The notes beneath the pieces were generated by a model. It worked only from the letters and a program-made list of their open reading frames with translations, was not told where the DNA came from and searched no databases. Positions 47,632 through 56,366 of a stretch of DNA of 64,000 nucleotides are shown here, in pieces (position 1 is the first letter of the stretch; every line of letters begins with the position of its first letter). The position numbers were made by a program, and so were the translations under genes. The stretch comes from Candidatus Nomurabacteria bacterium RIFCSPLOWO2_01_FULL_39_18 (GTDB lineage Bacteria > Patescibacteriota > Minisyncoccia > Phycocordibacterales > UBA9973): the NCBI GenBank assembly GCA_001787005.1, contig MFUV01000005.1:2764-66763 (forward strand), written 5' to 3'.

Positions 47632-48239
47632 AATGCCTCAACTATATTTTTTGATTTACTGGGCACTTTCGGTTTTTCTGTTTTGGGTGCTTACGCAGCG
47701 GAGAAAAGGGGCTTCGACATTTTTGGTGTTTTTGTCTGCGCTTTTATTAGCGGTGTTGGGGGTGGTACAGTAAGGGAATTCTTCCTAAATGGTTTACCGG
47801 CCTACTTTATTAATTATGATTATCTGCTTGTAATATCTCTTGCTACGATTTTTACTATAGTATTTTTAGAAAGTTTGAGAAAATAAAATATTGGATATTG
47901 GTGATGGATGCGGTTGGTTTAGCAACTTTTGCTTATGTCGGTGCCGCACGGGCTATGGCAGAAAACCTAGGATTTTTGGGGGTTGTGATGTTTGCCATAA
48001 TAACTCCCGCTGGTGGTGATGCCATACGATCAGTTATATCAAGGGAAGTTCCTGCCATTATGTATCGAGACGTATATGCCACCCTGGCGATGCTGTTTGG
48101 TATCGCCTATTTTCTATTGAGGGATTTTAAAGACAATGTATGGGTAGTTTATATTTTGCTTTTAATTATTTTCATTTTGCGTTTATTGGCAATTAAATTT
48201 AATTGGCAGTTATGGGAGCCAAAGAAAAGTTATAAGTGA
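47632..48239 (+). pseudogene. Frameshifted TRIC/YadS-like (glycine transporter family) membrane protein
   Basis: Halves FDLLGT..GFDIFG..GGGTVRE and MDAVGLATF..GGDAIR; adding one A in the run at 47880-47883 joins them (LRKIKYWILVMD); no canonical start. Confidence 0.75.
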
Positions 48240-48248
48240 TCAGAACTG

Positions 48249-48321
48249 TGCGCCCGGTTGGGATCGAACCAACGACCTTATCCTTAAAAGGGATCTGCTC
48301 TACCGACTGAGCTACGGGCGC
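48249..48321 (-). tRNA. tRNA-Lys(TTT)
   Basis: gcgcccgtagctcagtcggtagagcagatccc-ttttaa-ggataaggtcgttggttcgatcccaaccgggcgca; no encoded CCA. Confidence 0.95.
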
Positions 48322-48578
48322 ATGTGTTTTATTAAATTTTTAACAAATTCTCTACCCCTAAAACTTTTTAATTGTCGCTCCCTTTTTATGGCTTCAGTTC
48401 TCGTGGGGAATGCTTCTTTATGGATCAATGCCCACGGACCCCTATTTTGCAAAGTGAACTTACCTAAATGATCACCCCCGTTACTATTATGCTGTTTTAG
48501 TCTGCTATCTATATCGATAGTTTGACCTATATATATCTTATCAGAGGTCTGACTATAAATTGCATAAACTGTGAACAT
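48312..48578 (-). CDS. Small GIY-YIG nuclease
   Basis: VYAIYS...IYIGQT...RLKQHN...EAIKRERQLKS; stop codon lies inside the tRNA 5' end. Confidence 0.92.
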   Translation of the reverse strand: MFTVYAIYSQTSDKIYIGQTIDIDSRLKQHNSNGGDHLGKFTLQNRGPWALIHKEAFPTRTEAIKRERQLKSFRGREFVKNLIKHMRP

Positions 48579-48585
48579 AAATTTT

Positions 48586-48626
48586 TCTGCTCTACCTCTG
48601 CCAGCTGGCGGATGAGCTACGGGCGC
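48586..48626 (-). pseudogene. Duplicated 5' part of tRNA-Lys with a palindrome in the D-loop
   Basis: Minus strand gcgcccgtagctca[tccgccagctggcaga]ggtagagcaga versus the tRNA gcgcccgtagctca[gtc]ggtagagcaga. Confidence 0.88.
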
Positions 48627-48684
48627 ATCTTGTGATAGTATAAGAAATAAGGCTAAAAATCAAGAAAAATGGTAATATATTAGT

Positions 48685-48807
48685 ATGTTTAAGATCAGCA
48701 AAACGTTGTTGTGCTTTCTAATTTTAACGATAGTAAGTTCTTTGTTTGCTTACACTATTATAGTAAAAGCATACGAAAATGCATATCCCGACTATTTAAT
48801 CCAATAA
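48685..48807 (+). CDS. Putative 40-aa single-TM peptide
   Basis: MFKISKTLLCFLILTIVSSLFAYTIIVKAYENAYPDYLIQ, upstream of uvrB. Confidence 0.4.
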   Translation: MFKISKTLLCFLILTIVSSLFAYTIIVKAYENAYPDYLIQ

Positions 48808-48829
48808 ATTTTCGTGTTAAGGTGTAACT

Positions 48830-51112
48830 ATGACTCAAGGTATTTTCAAGTTGCATAGCCCATTTAAACCAGCTGGCGATCAGCCTGTGGCTATTTTAAA
48901 GCTCCTTGATGGATTAGAGAAGGGCATGCAAAAACAAACTCTGCTCGGGGCAACTGGCACAGGCAAGACTTTTACCATGGCAAATGTGATAGTAGAATAC
49001 AATAAGCCGACATTGGTAATAGCGCACAACAAAACCCTTGCGGCTCAACTAGCTCAGGAATTCAGAGAATTTTTCCCAGATTCCGCGGTGCACTATTTTG
49101 TTTCCTACTATGATTATTACCAACCAGAAGCTTATATGCCGACAACGGACACTTATATAGAAAAGGATGCGCAGATAAACAAAGAAATAGATCGTCTTCG
49201 TCATGCTTCAACCCAAGCGCTTTTGACTAGACGAGATGTTATCATTGTCGCTTCCGTGTCTTGTATTTATGGTTTAGGTTCTCCAGAAGAATATGAAAAA
49301 GTTAATTTAAAAATTAAACTTGGTATGAAAATGGAGAGGCTGACTCTGATGAAACGTCTGATTGAAATTCATTTCGAACGCACAAATGCTGATCTTACCC
49401 CAGGGACTTTCCGATCTATCGGCTCTTGGGTAGAATTTATGCCAGTGTCAGAGACAATAATGTACCAGATTGAAATAGATGATGGGGCTGTCTCAAAAAT
49501 AACCAAAATTGATCCAATTTCTTCTCAGATAATAAAAGAAGAGAAAGATGTTTTTATTTTTCCGGCCAAGCATTTCATCACAGAAGATACGAAAAAGAAC
49601 AAAGCCCTGATTGAAATTAAGAAAGAACTCGCATTGCAATTAAAAAAGTTTCAGAAAGAAGGCAAGTTGCTTGAGGCAGAGCGGATAAAGCGCCGGACCA
49701 ATTACGATCTCGCCATGATCAAGGAAGTTGGTTATTGCAGTGGCATCGAAAATTATTCGCGACATTTATCAGGTAAACAAAAAGGCGAACCGCCAGAAAC
49801 CTTGCTCTCTTATTTCCCCCATACTGGAGATGGCGAACCTGATTTTCTTACCATCATTGATGAATCCCACGTAACTCTGCCTCAACTAGAAGGTATGTAT
49901 GCGGGCGATGCTTCACGCAAAAAAACCCTTGTAGAATATGGTTTTCGCCTGCCTTCAGCTAAGGATAACCGGCCTCTTAAATATGAGGAATTTCAGAAGC
50001 GCATCGGTCCAGTAGTTTATACCAGTGCGACGCCCGGAAAATACGAAATAGAAGAAAGTAAAAAAGAATGTGAACAAACTTGCCCCGCACGAAGTACTCT
50101 TTCGTGCGGGGTCGTAGAGCAAATAATCCGACCAACCGGGCTTGTCGATCCAGAGACAATAGTTCGACCAGTGAGTGCAAATTCTCCTCTTGAGGAGTAC
50201 CCGAAGGGGGAGGTGGATGAATTTTCCACCCCGTCTCGCAAGCGATCCACTCCTCAAGAGGGGAATAAATACCCCGGCCAGATTCAAGATTTTATAAGTG
50301 AAGCAGAGAAAACAATTAAAAAGGGTTTTCGAGTTCTAGCCACCACACTAACAAAAAAAATGGCCGAAGATCTGTCTCTTTATCTCAAAGACCTGCCTGC
50401 GCAGGCAGGCAAGAAAATAAAATCAGAGTATCTGCATAGTGATATAAAAACTTTGGAAAGAATCCAAATACTTTCAAAGTTTCGCAAAGGTGATTTTGAT
50501 GTTTTGGTGGGAGTAAACTTGCTTCGCGAAGGGCTTGATTTGCCCGAAGTGGCGTTAATTGGGATTCTCGATGCAGACAAAGAGGGATTTTTGCGCTCAG
50601 AAACATCTCTTATCCAAACCATCGGGCGTGCCGCGCGCAACAGTGAAGGGAAGGTAATTCTCTATGCAGATGTTATCACTGGCTCGATGAATAAAGCGCT
50701 AGCCGAAACTGCTCGTCGTCGGGATATTCAGCTCACCTATAATAAAAAGCACGGCATCACCCCCAAGACGATAATAAAAAAGATAAAAGATATTACCGAA
50801 GAATTCGAAAGTGAACATGGAAAAGCTGTAAATGCAGAATTAAAACTTGATGTGGAAATATTCCGTAGAGCTTACAAAAAAGAACTGACTAGACCACTTA
50901 AACCAAAAGGTTTAGGCGAATCGCATCTCTCTGATCAAGAAATAGAGGCATTAACCTATGAGAAAATAATAAAAATAAAAGAAAAAGAAATGAATCGAGC
51001 CGTGAAAGAGCTGGATTTCGAAACAGCGGCCATACTTCGTGATGAAATTAGAGTTTTGTCTCAAAAAACTGTTTACGGTACCGGCAATAAAACAAAAAAT
51101 GTAGTTCCTTGA
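48830..51112 (+). CDS. uvrB: Excinuclease ABC subunit B
   Basis: GATGTGKT, YYDYYQPEAY, DESH, QTIGRAARN; three palindromic inserts. Confidence 0.98.
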   Translation: MTQGIFKLHSPFKPAGDQPVAILKLLDGLEKGMQKQTLLGATGTGKTFTMANVIVEYNKPTLVIAHNKTLAAQLAQEFREFFPDSAVHYFVSYYDYYQPEAYMPTTDTYIEKDAQINKEIDRLRHASTQALLTRRDVIIVASVSCIYGLGSPEEYEKVNLKIKLGMKMERLTLMKRLIEIHFERTNADLTPGTFRSIGSWVEFMPVSETIMYQIEIDDGAVSKITKIDPISSQIIKEEKDVFIFPAKHFITEDTKKNKALIEIKKELALQLKKFQKEGKLLEAERIKRRTNYDLAMIKEVGYCSGIENYSRHLSGKQKGEPPETLLSYFPHTGDGEPDFLTIIDESHVTLPQLEGMYAGDASRKKTLVEYGFRLPSAKDNRPLKYEEFQKRIGPVVYTSATPGKYEIEESKKECEQTCPARSTLSCGVVEQIIRPTGLVDPETIVRPVSANSPLEEYPKGEVDEFSTPSRKRSTPQEGNKYPGQIQDFISEAEKTIKKGFRVLATTLTKKMAEDLSLYLKDLPAQAGKKIKSEYLHSDIKTLERIQILSKFRKGDFDVLVGVNLLREGLDLPEVALIGILDADKEGFLRSETSLIQTIGRAARNSEGKVILYADVITGSMNKALAETARRRDIQLTYNKKHGITPKTIIKKIKDITEEFESEHGKAVNAELKLDVEIFRRAYKKELTRPLKPKGLGESHLSDQEIEALTYEKIIKIKEKEMNRAVKELDFETAAILRDEIRVLSQKTVYGTGNKTKNVVP

Positions 51113-51798
51113 TTTTCCTTTGACTCAAACCATATCTTGCCCTGGTGTTGCTCGATGATATTTTTACTTACGTATAGTCCCAAACCAGTTCCATCAGCAT
51201 GATGATGCAACGCGCGAGACGATCTGAAAAATTTTGTAAATATTTTCCCGAATTCTTCCTTAGGGATGCCAATACCCATATCCTTGATTGAAATAACGAG
51301 CTCATGGTCATTACAAGCGACTTCCAGCTCCACCCTGTCTCCCGAGGAAGAATATTTGATAGCATTATCAAAAATATTATTTATAGCCATCTCCATTTTT
51401 TCTATATCTACATTAAGCGGAGGTAGGTCAGGGGGGATTTCAAACTTAAAAACAACCTTCTTTTCATCTCCAATATTTTTAAATGAATCCTTAAGATTTT
51501 TAAATACTGGCAAAATGGATTGTTTCTTCAAAATAACTCCGAAAGATCCCTCCGCAATCTGGCCTACATTCAGAAGATCATTCACCAAGCTGAGCATGTG
51601 GCTCGTGGCTACAGAGGCTTTAGATATAATTTGCTTCTGATCAGGGTTCAATTTACCCGCTTCTCCGGAAGAAAGAATTTCCAAAGACCATTTCAATCCA
51701 ATTAATGGGGTTCTTAACTGATGGGCGGCAATAGTGACAAATTCGGCATTTGGCAAGATTTTTCTTACTTTTTTATGAGATTTTGCCTGTTTCATCAA
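51073..51798 (-). CDS. Cytoplasmic histidine kinase (HisKA + HATPase only)
   Basis: HQLRTPL, NAIKYS, DMGIGI, GTGLGL; no TM or sensor domain. Confidence 0.9.
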   Translation of the reverse strand: MMKQAKSHKKVRKILPNAEFVTIAAHQLRTPLIGLKWSLEILSSGEAGKLNPDQKQIISKASVATSHMLSLVNDLLNVGQIAEGSFGVILKKQSILPVFKNLKDSFKNIGDEKKVVFKFEIPPDLPPLNVDIEKMEMAINNIFDNAIKYSSSGDRVELEVACNDHELVISIKDMGIGIPKEEFGKIFTKFFRSSRALHHHADGTGLGLYVSKNIIEQHQGKIWFESKENQGTTFFVLLPVP

Positions 51799-51904
51799 TA
51801 TTTGTAATTTTACTAAAATTTGCCAAATAAGTCCAAAATGTATTCACATTTGTGTTCATTGTATATTTGCGCATTTCCCCCACAAATGATATAATTCTAC
51901 CGTT

Positions 51905-52327
51905 ATGGCATCTGACGACAAACAAAAAACTATTGATGGACTTTCCAAGAAAAGAGTGTTGTTAGTTGAAGATGATGTTTTTCTAAGCGACATTATTGCC
52001 CGCAAACTTGTTGCTCAAGGCTGCGTTTTCCTCTACGCGCAAGATGGTGAGAAAGCGCTGCTCCTAGTGGAGAGAGAAGTACCAGATATTATTTTACTCG
52101 ACATTCTTCTTCCTGGCATTAATGGTTTTGATCTGCTTAAAAAATTCAAAGAAAATCCAAAGACTAAAGATATCCCAGTCATCATTCTTTCCAATTTAAG
52201 CCAGCCTAGTGATATAGAGAAAGGCAAAAGCCTAAAAGCTGCCCGTTTCTTAATAAAAGCTACCACCTCGACCGATGGAATAATGTTGAAACTAAAAGAA
52301 GTCCTGGAAGAGAAGAAAAAATCCTAA
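51905..52327 (+). CDS. Single-domain response regulator
   Basis: LLVEDD, LLDILLP, ILSN, FLIK. Confidence 0.9.
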   Translation: MASDDKQKTIDGLSKKRVLLVEDDVFLSDIIARKLVAQGCVFLYAQDGEKALLLVEREVPDIILLDILLPGINGFDLLKKFKENPKTKDIPVIILSNLSQPSDIEKGKSLKAARFLIKATTSTDGIMLKLKEVLEEKKKS

Positions 52328-52406
52328 AAAGAAGACTTTTGTATTTTTTCTGCTATACTAAATTTATATACACCCCCTATGAATAAAGTGGGGTGCGGTT
52401 GTATTT

Positions 52407-54977
52407 ATGGCAAAACAAGAAAAAGAATCAAATAAAATAATAATAAAAGGGGCGCGAACACACAACCTTAAGAATATTACGGTTGAAATACCACGAGATA
52501 AGATGACAGTCATTACCGGAGTTTCTGGAAGTGGCAAATCTTCTCTCGCCTTCGATACAATTTTTGCCGAAGGGCAGAGGCGATACGTAGAGTCGTTGTC
52601 TTCTTATGCCCGGCAATTTCTGAATCAAATGCCCAAGCCGGACGTGGATGAAATCACGGGGCTTTCACCCGCTATTTCCATTGACCAAAAATCCCGATCG
52701 AACAATCCTCGCTCCACCGTAGCGACCATTACAGAAATTTATGATTATCTCCGGGTAATGTACGCGCGTATTGGGCACCCGCACTGCCCGGAATGCGGAG
52801 AAGAGATAAAGAAACTTTCTAATGAAGAAATTTTGAATTTTATTCAAAATAAAATCAAAACTCATTCTTCTGTTTCTATTTTTTCTCCAGTCGTTAGAGG
52901 GAGAAAAGGAGAATATTACCAGTTATTGTACGACTTGCTGGGCAAAGGTTTTTCCGAGATTCGGCTGGATGGAACGATGAAAAAGCTTCGGGAGCAAATC
53001 ACCCTCTCAAAATACAAAGCTCACAACATCGAGGTCTTGGTGGATGGTTTTTCGATTGATGGATTAAAAAAAGAAGAATTGCGCATGCGCTTGTCTGAAG
53101 CGATCGAGCGAGCTCTGATTGAATCTGACGGACTAGTCACAACTAAAATTAATGATGAAGAATTTATTATGTCTGCAAAATTTGCCTGCAAAAATGACGG
53201 CTTTTCTTTTCCAGAGATTGAGCCTCGTTTATTTTCTTTTAATTCTCCCTATGGCGCATGCCCAGCTTGTAATGGCCTTGGTTCGAAGTATTTTATGGGA
53301 GACGAACCCTGTGATGTTTGTCATGGTGCGCGCCTTCGCACCGAAGCCCTAAATGTTTTTTTGGAAACTAAAAATAAAAAAGTTAATATTTTAGATCTCG
53401 CTTCTCTCTCCATTGCCGATGCGCATGATTTTTTCAAGAACCTTAAGCTCTCAAGCCAAGAGAAAGAAATATCCATGCCAGTAGTGAGGGAGATAGAAGC
53501 GCGGCTACAATTCATGCTCGACGTTGGGCTCAACTACCTTCAGCTTTCTCGTAAAGCCAATACTCTCTCCGGCGGAGAGGCTCAGCGCATTCGCCTGGCT
53601 TCACAGCTCGGCTCCAGGCTTGTGGGAGCTCTCTATGTGCTCGATGAGCCGACGATAGGGCTTCATCAACGAGACAATGACCGTTTAATCAGAACATTGC
53701 AGAATCTGCGCGATCTAGGCAATACGATTTTAATTGTTGAACACGATGAAGACACTATTTATGCATCAGATTATATCGTAGATATTGGACCGAAGGCTGG
53801 GGTGCATGGCGGGGAAATTATTGTTTCTGGTTTTCTCGAGGATTTATTGACTGCTAACCCCGAACGAAAGCCTACGGCTTCATACGGGGCAGGGAAAAAC
53901 ACGAAGTCCAGAACACTTGGCTATTTAAGAGGTGAGTTAAAAATAGAAATTCCCAAGAAGCGTCGCGGCGGTAAAGGCGCGCTTCGCATCAGCGGGGGAA
54001 AAATTTTTAATATAAATAATTTGAATGTAGAAATTCCGCTTGGCGTCATGACCTCTATCACCGGTGTGTCCGGGAGCGGTAAAAGTTCCTTAATGTATGA
54101 AATTCTTTACAAGAATTTACAGGCGAGGTATGAACGCAAATATCGTACTGCTAAAGTTTACAATTGCTCTTCTTTTTCTGGTACTGAATACCTATCTCGA
54201 GCGATTTTAATTGACCAATCACCCATTGGTCGAACTCCGCGTTCTAATTTGGCAACTTATACGGGCGCTTTTACTCATATTCGAGACCTTTTTGCCACCA
54301 CCGAAGAGGCTCGTCTGCGTGGCTGGAAGGCAAACCGCTTTTCTTTCAACGTCAAAGGCGGCCGCTGTGAAGCTTGTGAAGGCAACGGCGAGATCGCTGT
54401 GGAAATGCACTTTTTGCCGACAGTTTACGTGACTTGCGATGTATGCAACGGCAAAAGATTTGATAAAGAAACACTTACTGTAAAATATAAGAAAAAAAAT
54501 ATTTATGAAGTGCTCCACATGACGGTCGAAGTTGGACTCTCATTCTTCAAGGACATTCCTGCGATTTCTGATCGACTGGAAACTCTGATGGATGTGGGAC
54601 TAGGGTATCTAGAGCTTGGTCAGTCGGCCACCACACTCTCTGGCGGGGAAGCGCAACGGGTAAAAATATCGAGTGAGCTATATCGTCCGCATGCAGATAT
54701 GACCATCTATCTTCTTGATGAACCTACTGTGGGGTTGCACTATGATGATGTGCATAAACTATTGGAAGTGTTAAATAAACTTGTAAGTAAAGGCAACACC
54801 GTCATTCTAATAGAGCACAATCTGGACATTATAAAGAGTTCAGACTACATAATAGATATTGGGCCAGAAGGGGGAATGAATGGGGGTAATTTAGTGGCGA
54901 AGGGCACACCAGAAGAAGTGGCGAATAATACAAAAAGCTACACTGGGAAATATTTAAAGAGGGCTTTACGCAAATGA
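52407..54977 (+). CDS. uvrA: Excinuclease ABC subunit A
   Basis: Two GVSGSGKSS, two LSGGEAQR, Zn fingers. Confidence 0.98.
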   Translation: MAKQEKESNKIIIKGARTHNLKNITVEIPRDKMTVITGVSGSGKSSLAFDTIFAEGQRRYVESLSSYARQFLNQMPKPDVDEITGLSPAISIDQKSRSNNPRSTVATITEIYDYLRVMYARIGHPHCPECGEEIKKLSNEEILNFIQNKIKTHSSVSIFSPVVRGRKGEYYQLLYDLLGKGFSEIRLDGTMKKLREQITLSKYKAHNIEVLVDGFSIDGLKKEELRMRLSEAIERALIESDGLVTTKINDEEFIMSAKFACKNDGFSFPEIEPRLFSFNSPYGACPACNGLGSKYFMGDEPCDVCHGARLRTEALNVFLETKNKKVNILDLASLSIADAHDFFKNLKLSSQEKEISMPVVREIEARLQFMLDVGLNYLQLSRKANTLSGGEAQRIRLASQLGSRLVGALYVLDEPTIGLHQRDNDRLIRTLQNLRDLGNTILIVEHDEDTIYASDYIVDIGPKAGVHGGEIIVSGFLEDLLTANPERKPTASYGAGKNTKSRTLGYLRGELKIEIPKKRRGGKGALRISGGKIFNINNLNVEIPLGVMTSITGVSGSGKSSLMYEILYKNLQARYERKYRTAKVYNCSSFSGTEYLSRAILIDQSPIGRTPRSNLATYTGAFTHIRDLFATTEEARLRGWKANRFSFNVKGGRCEACEGNGEIAVEMHFLPTVYVTCDVCNGKRFDKETLTVKYKKKNIYEVLHMTVEVGLSFFKDIPAISDRLETLMDVGLGYLELGQSATTLSGGEAQRVKISSELYRPHADMTIYLLDEPTVGLHYDDVHKLLEVLNKLVSKGNTVILIEHNLDIIKSSDYIIDIGPEGGMNGGNLVAKGTPEEVANNTKSYTGKYLKRALRK

Positions 54978-56260
54978 AAATTGAATTAATAAAAAAAATA
55001 CCTGATAAATCTGGAGTCTACTTTTTCAAAAAAGGTAAAGAAATTCTTTACATTGGCAAAGCAACATCACTGAAAGATAGAATAAAAAGTTATTTTGGCA
55101 AGGACTTGATACAAACTAGGGGGCCACTTCTGGTGGATATGATCGTTCGTGCAAATAAAATAGATTGGCAAGAGACAGACAATGTTCTGGAGGCTATAAT
55201 TCTCGAAGCCAACTTGATTAGAAAGCACCAACCCTATTACAACACCAAAGAAAAAGACGACAAAAGTTTCAACTTCGTTTGTATCACAAGAGAAAAGTTG
55301 CCTAGAGTAATTACTGTGCGGGGGAGTAGTGTTAAACACCGAGTGTTTAACAAAATCTACGGACCATATACGAGTGGCGTACATCTTCGTGAAGCGCTCA
55401 AGATAATCAGGAAGATTTTTCCATTTTTAGATGATAAAAGTAAAAATTATATTGAATTTTATCGACAAATAAATTTAATTCCTGACCTAAATGACCTACC
55501 GACGCAGGCAAGTCGTAAACTATATTTGCAAAATATCAAAAATATCAAATTGTTTTTGGGTGGCAAGAAAAAACAAATTTTCAAAAACTTGAAAAAAGAA
55601 ATGCATGAATACGCGAAGAAGCATGAATTTGAAAAAGCCGGAGAAATTAAAAGACAGCTTTTTGCTCTACAACACATCAATGACATTGCTTTATTAAAGG
55701 CTAATAGCTTCGCAGACAGTAAAATTTTTGATCCTGCGCCCTTCTTTGGGCGCAGGATAGGGAACAAAGCGGAACCCTCGGATACAAAAATTTCATTGTC
55801 TGCTTCGCCGATTCGCATTGAGGCCTACGACATAGCTCACATGGGTGGCAAAAATATGGTAGGAGTGATGATAGTAGTTGAAGAAGGTGAACTGGTGAAA
55901 AGTGAGTATAAAAAATTCAGGATAAAAACTCAAGCTGGAGCAAATGATACTGGTGCGCTTGCGGAGATTCTAGAGAGGCGTTTGGCGCACAGAGAATGGG
56001 CATATCCTGATTTAATCGTAGTTGATGGCGGAATAGCCCAAATAAATATGGCTAAAAAAAATTTATCAAGGATTCACCTTGATATTCCCGCAGTGTCGGT
56101 TGTAAAAGACGAAAGACACAAGCCAAAAAGCATTATGGGTGAGAGAGAAATTGTGGCAAAATATAAAAGGGAGATCTTGCTTGCGAACAGCGAAGCGCAT
56201 AGATTTGCCATCGCATACCACAAAAAAATGCGTAATAAAAATTTCCTTAAAATTTATTGA
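54974..56260 (+). CDS. uvrC: Excinuclease ABC subunit C (short, no HhH tail)
   Basis: GVY..YIGKA, UVR domain, EAYDIAH, VVDGG, EAHRFAI. Confidence 0.92.
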   Translation: MKIELIKKIPDKSGVYFFKKGKEILYIGKATSLKDRIKSYFGKDLIQTRGPLLVDMIVRANKIDWQETDNVLEAIILEANLIRKHQPYYNTKEKDDKSFNFVCITREKLPRVITVRGSSVKHRVFNKIYGPYTSGVHLREALKIIRKIFPFLDDKSKNYIEFYRQINLIPDLNDLPTQASRKLYLQNIKNIKLFLGGKKKQIFKNLKKEMHEYAKKHEFEKAGEIKRQLFALQHINDIALLKANSFADSKIFDPAPFFGRRIGNKAEPSDTKISLSASPIRIEAYDIAHMGGKNMVGVMIVVEEGELVKSEYKKFRIKTQAGANDTGALAEILERRLAHREWAYPDLIVVDGGIAQINMAKKNLSRIHLDIPAVSVVKDERHKPKSIMGEREIVAKYKREILLANSEAHRFAIAYHKKMRNKNFLKIY

Positions 56261-56290
56261 TTTAAACTGCAAAAGGCATACTATATAAAA

Positions 56291-56364
56291 ATGAAGTTCG
56301 AAACAAGAATCTGCCAGAACCCCGAAGGAAAGTAAAGCTTCCTACGGGGCAGGTTGCAAAAAAG
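56291..56364 (+). pseudogene. Remnant N-terminus of a Cys-rich family gene disrupted by a 34-bp palindrome
   Basis: ATG AAG TTC GAA ACA AGA ATC TGC CAG AA[34 bp]T TGC AAA AAA = MKFETRICQNCKK once the insert is removed. Confidence 0.7.
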
Positions 56365-56366
56365 TT

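Noticed and set aside
48312-48585. Group I intron in tRNA-Lys with a homing endonuclease
   Set aside because: The downstream tRNA is complete by itself and the ORF fills the interval, leaving no room for a ribozyme core.
9864-55803. Inteins as the explanation for the in-frame inserts
   Set aside because: Inserts are only 6-35 aa, palindromic at DNA level and lack intein terminal motifs.
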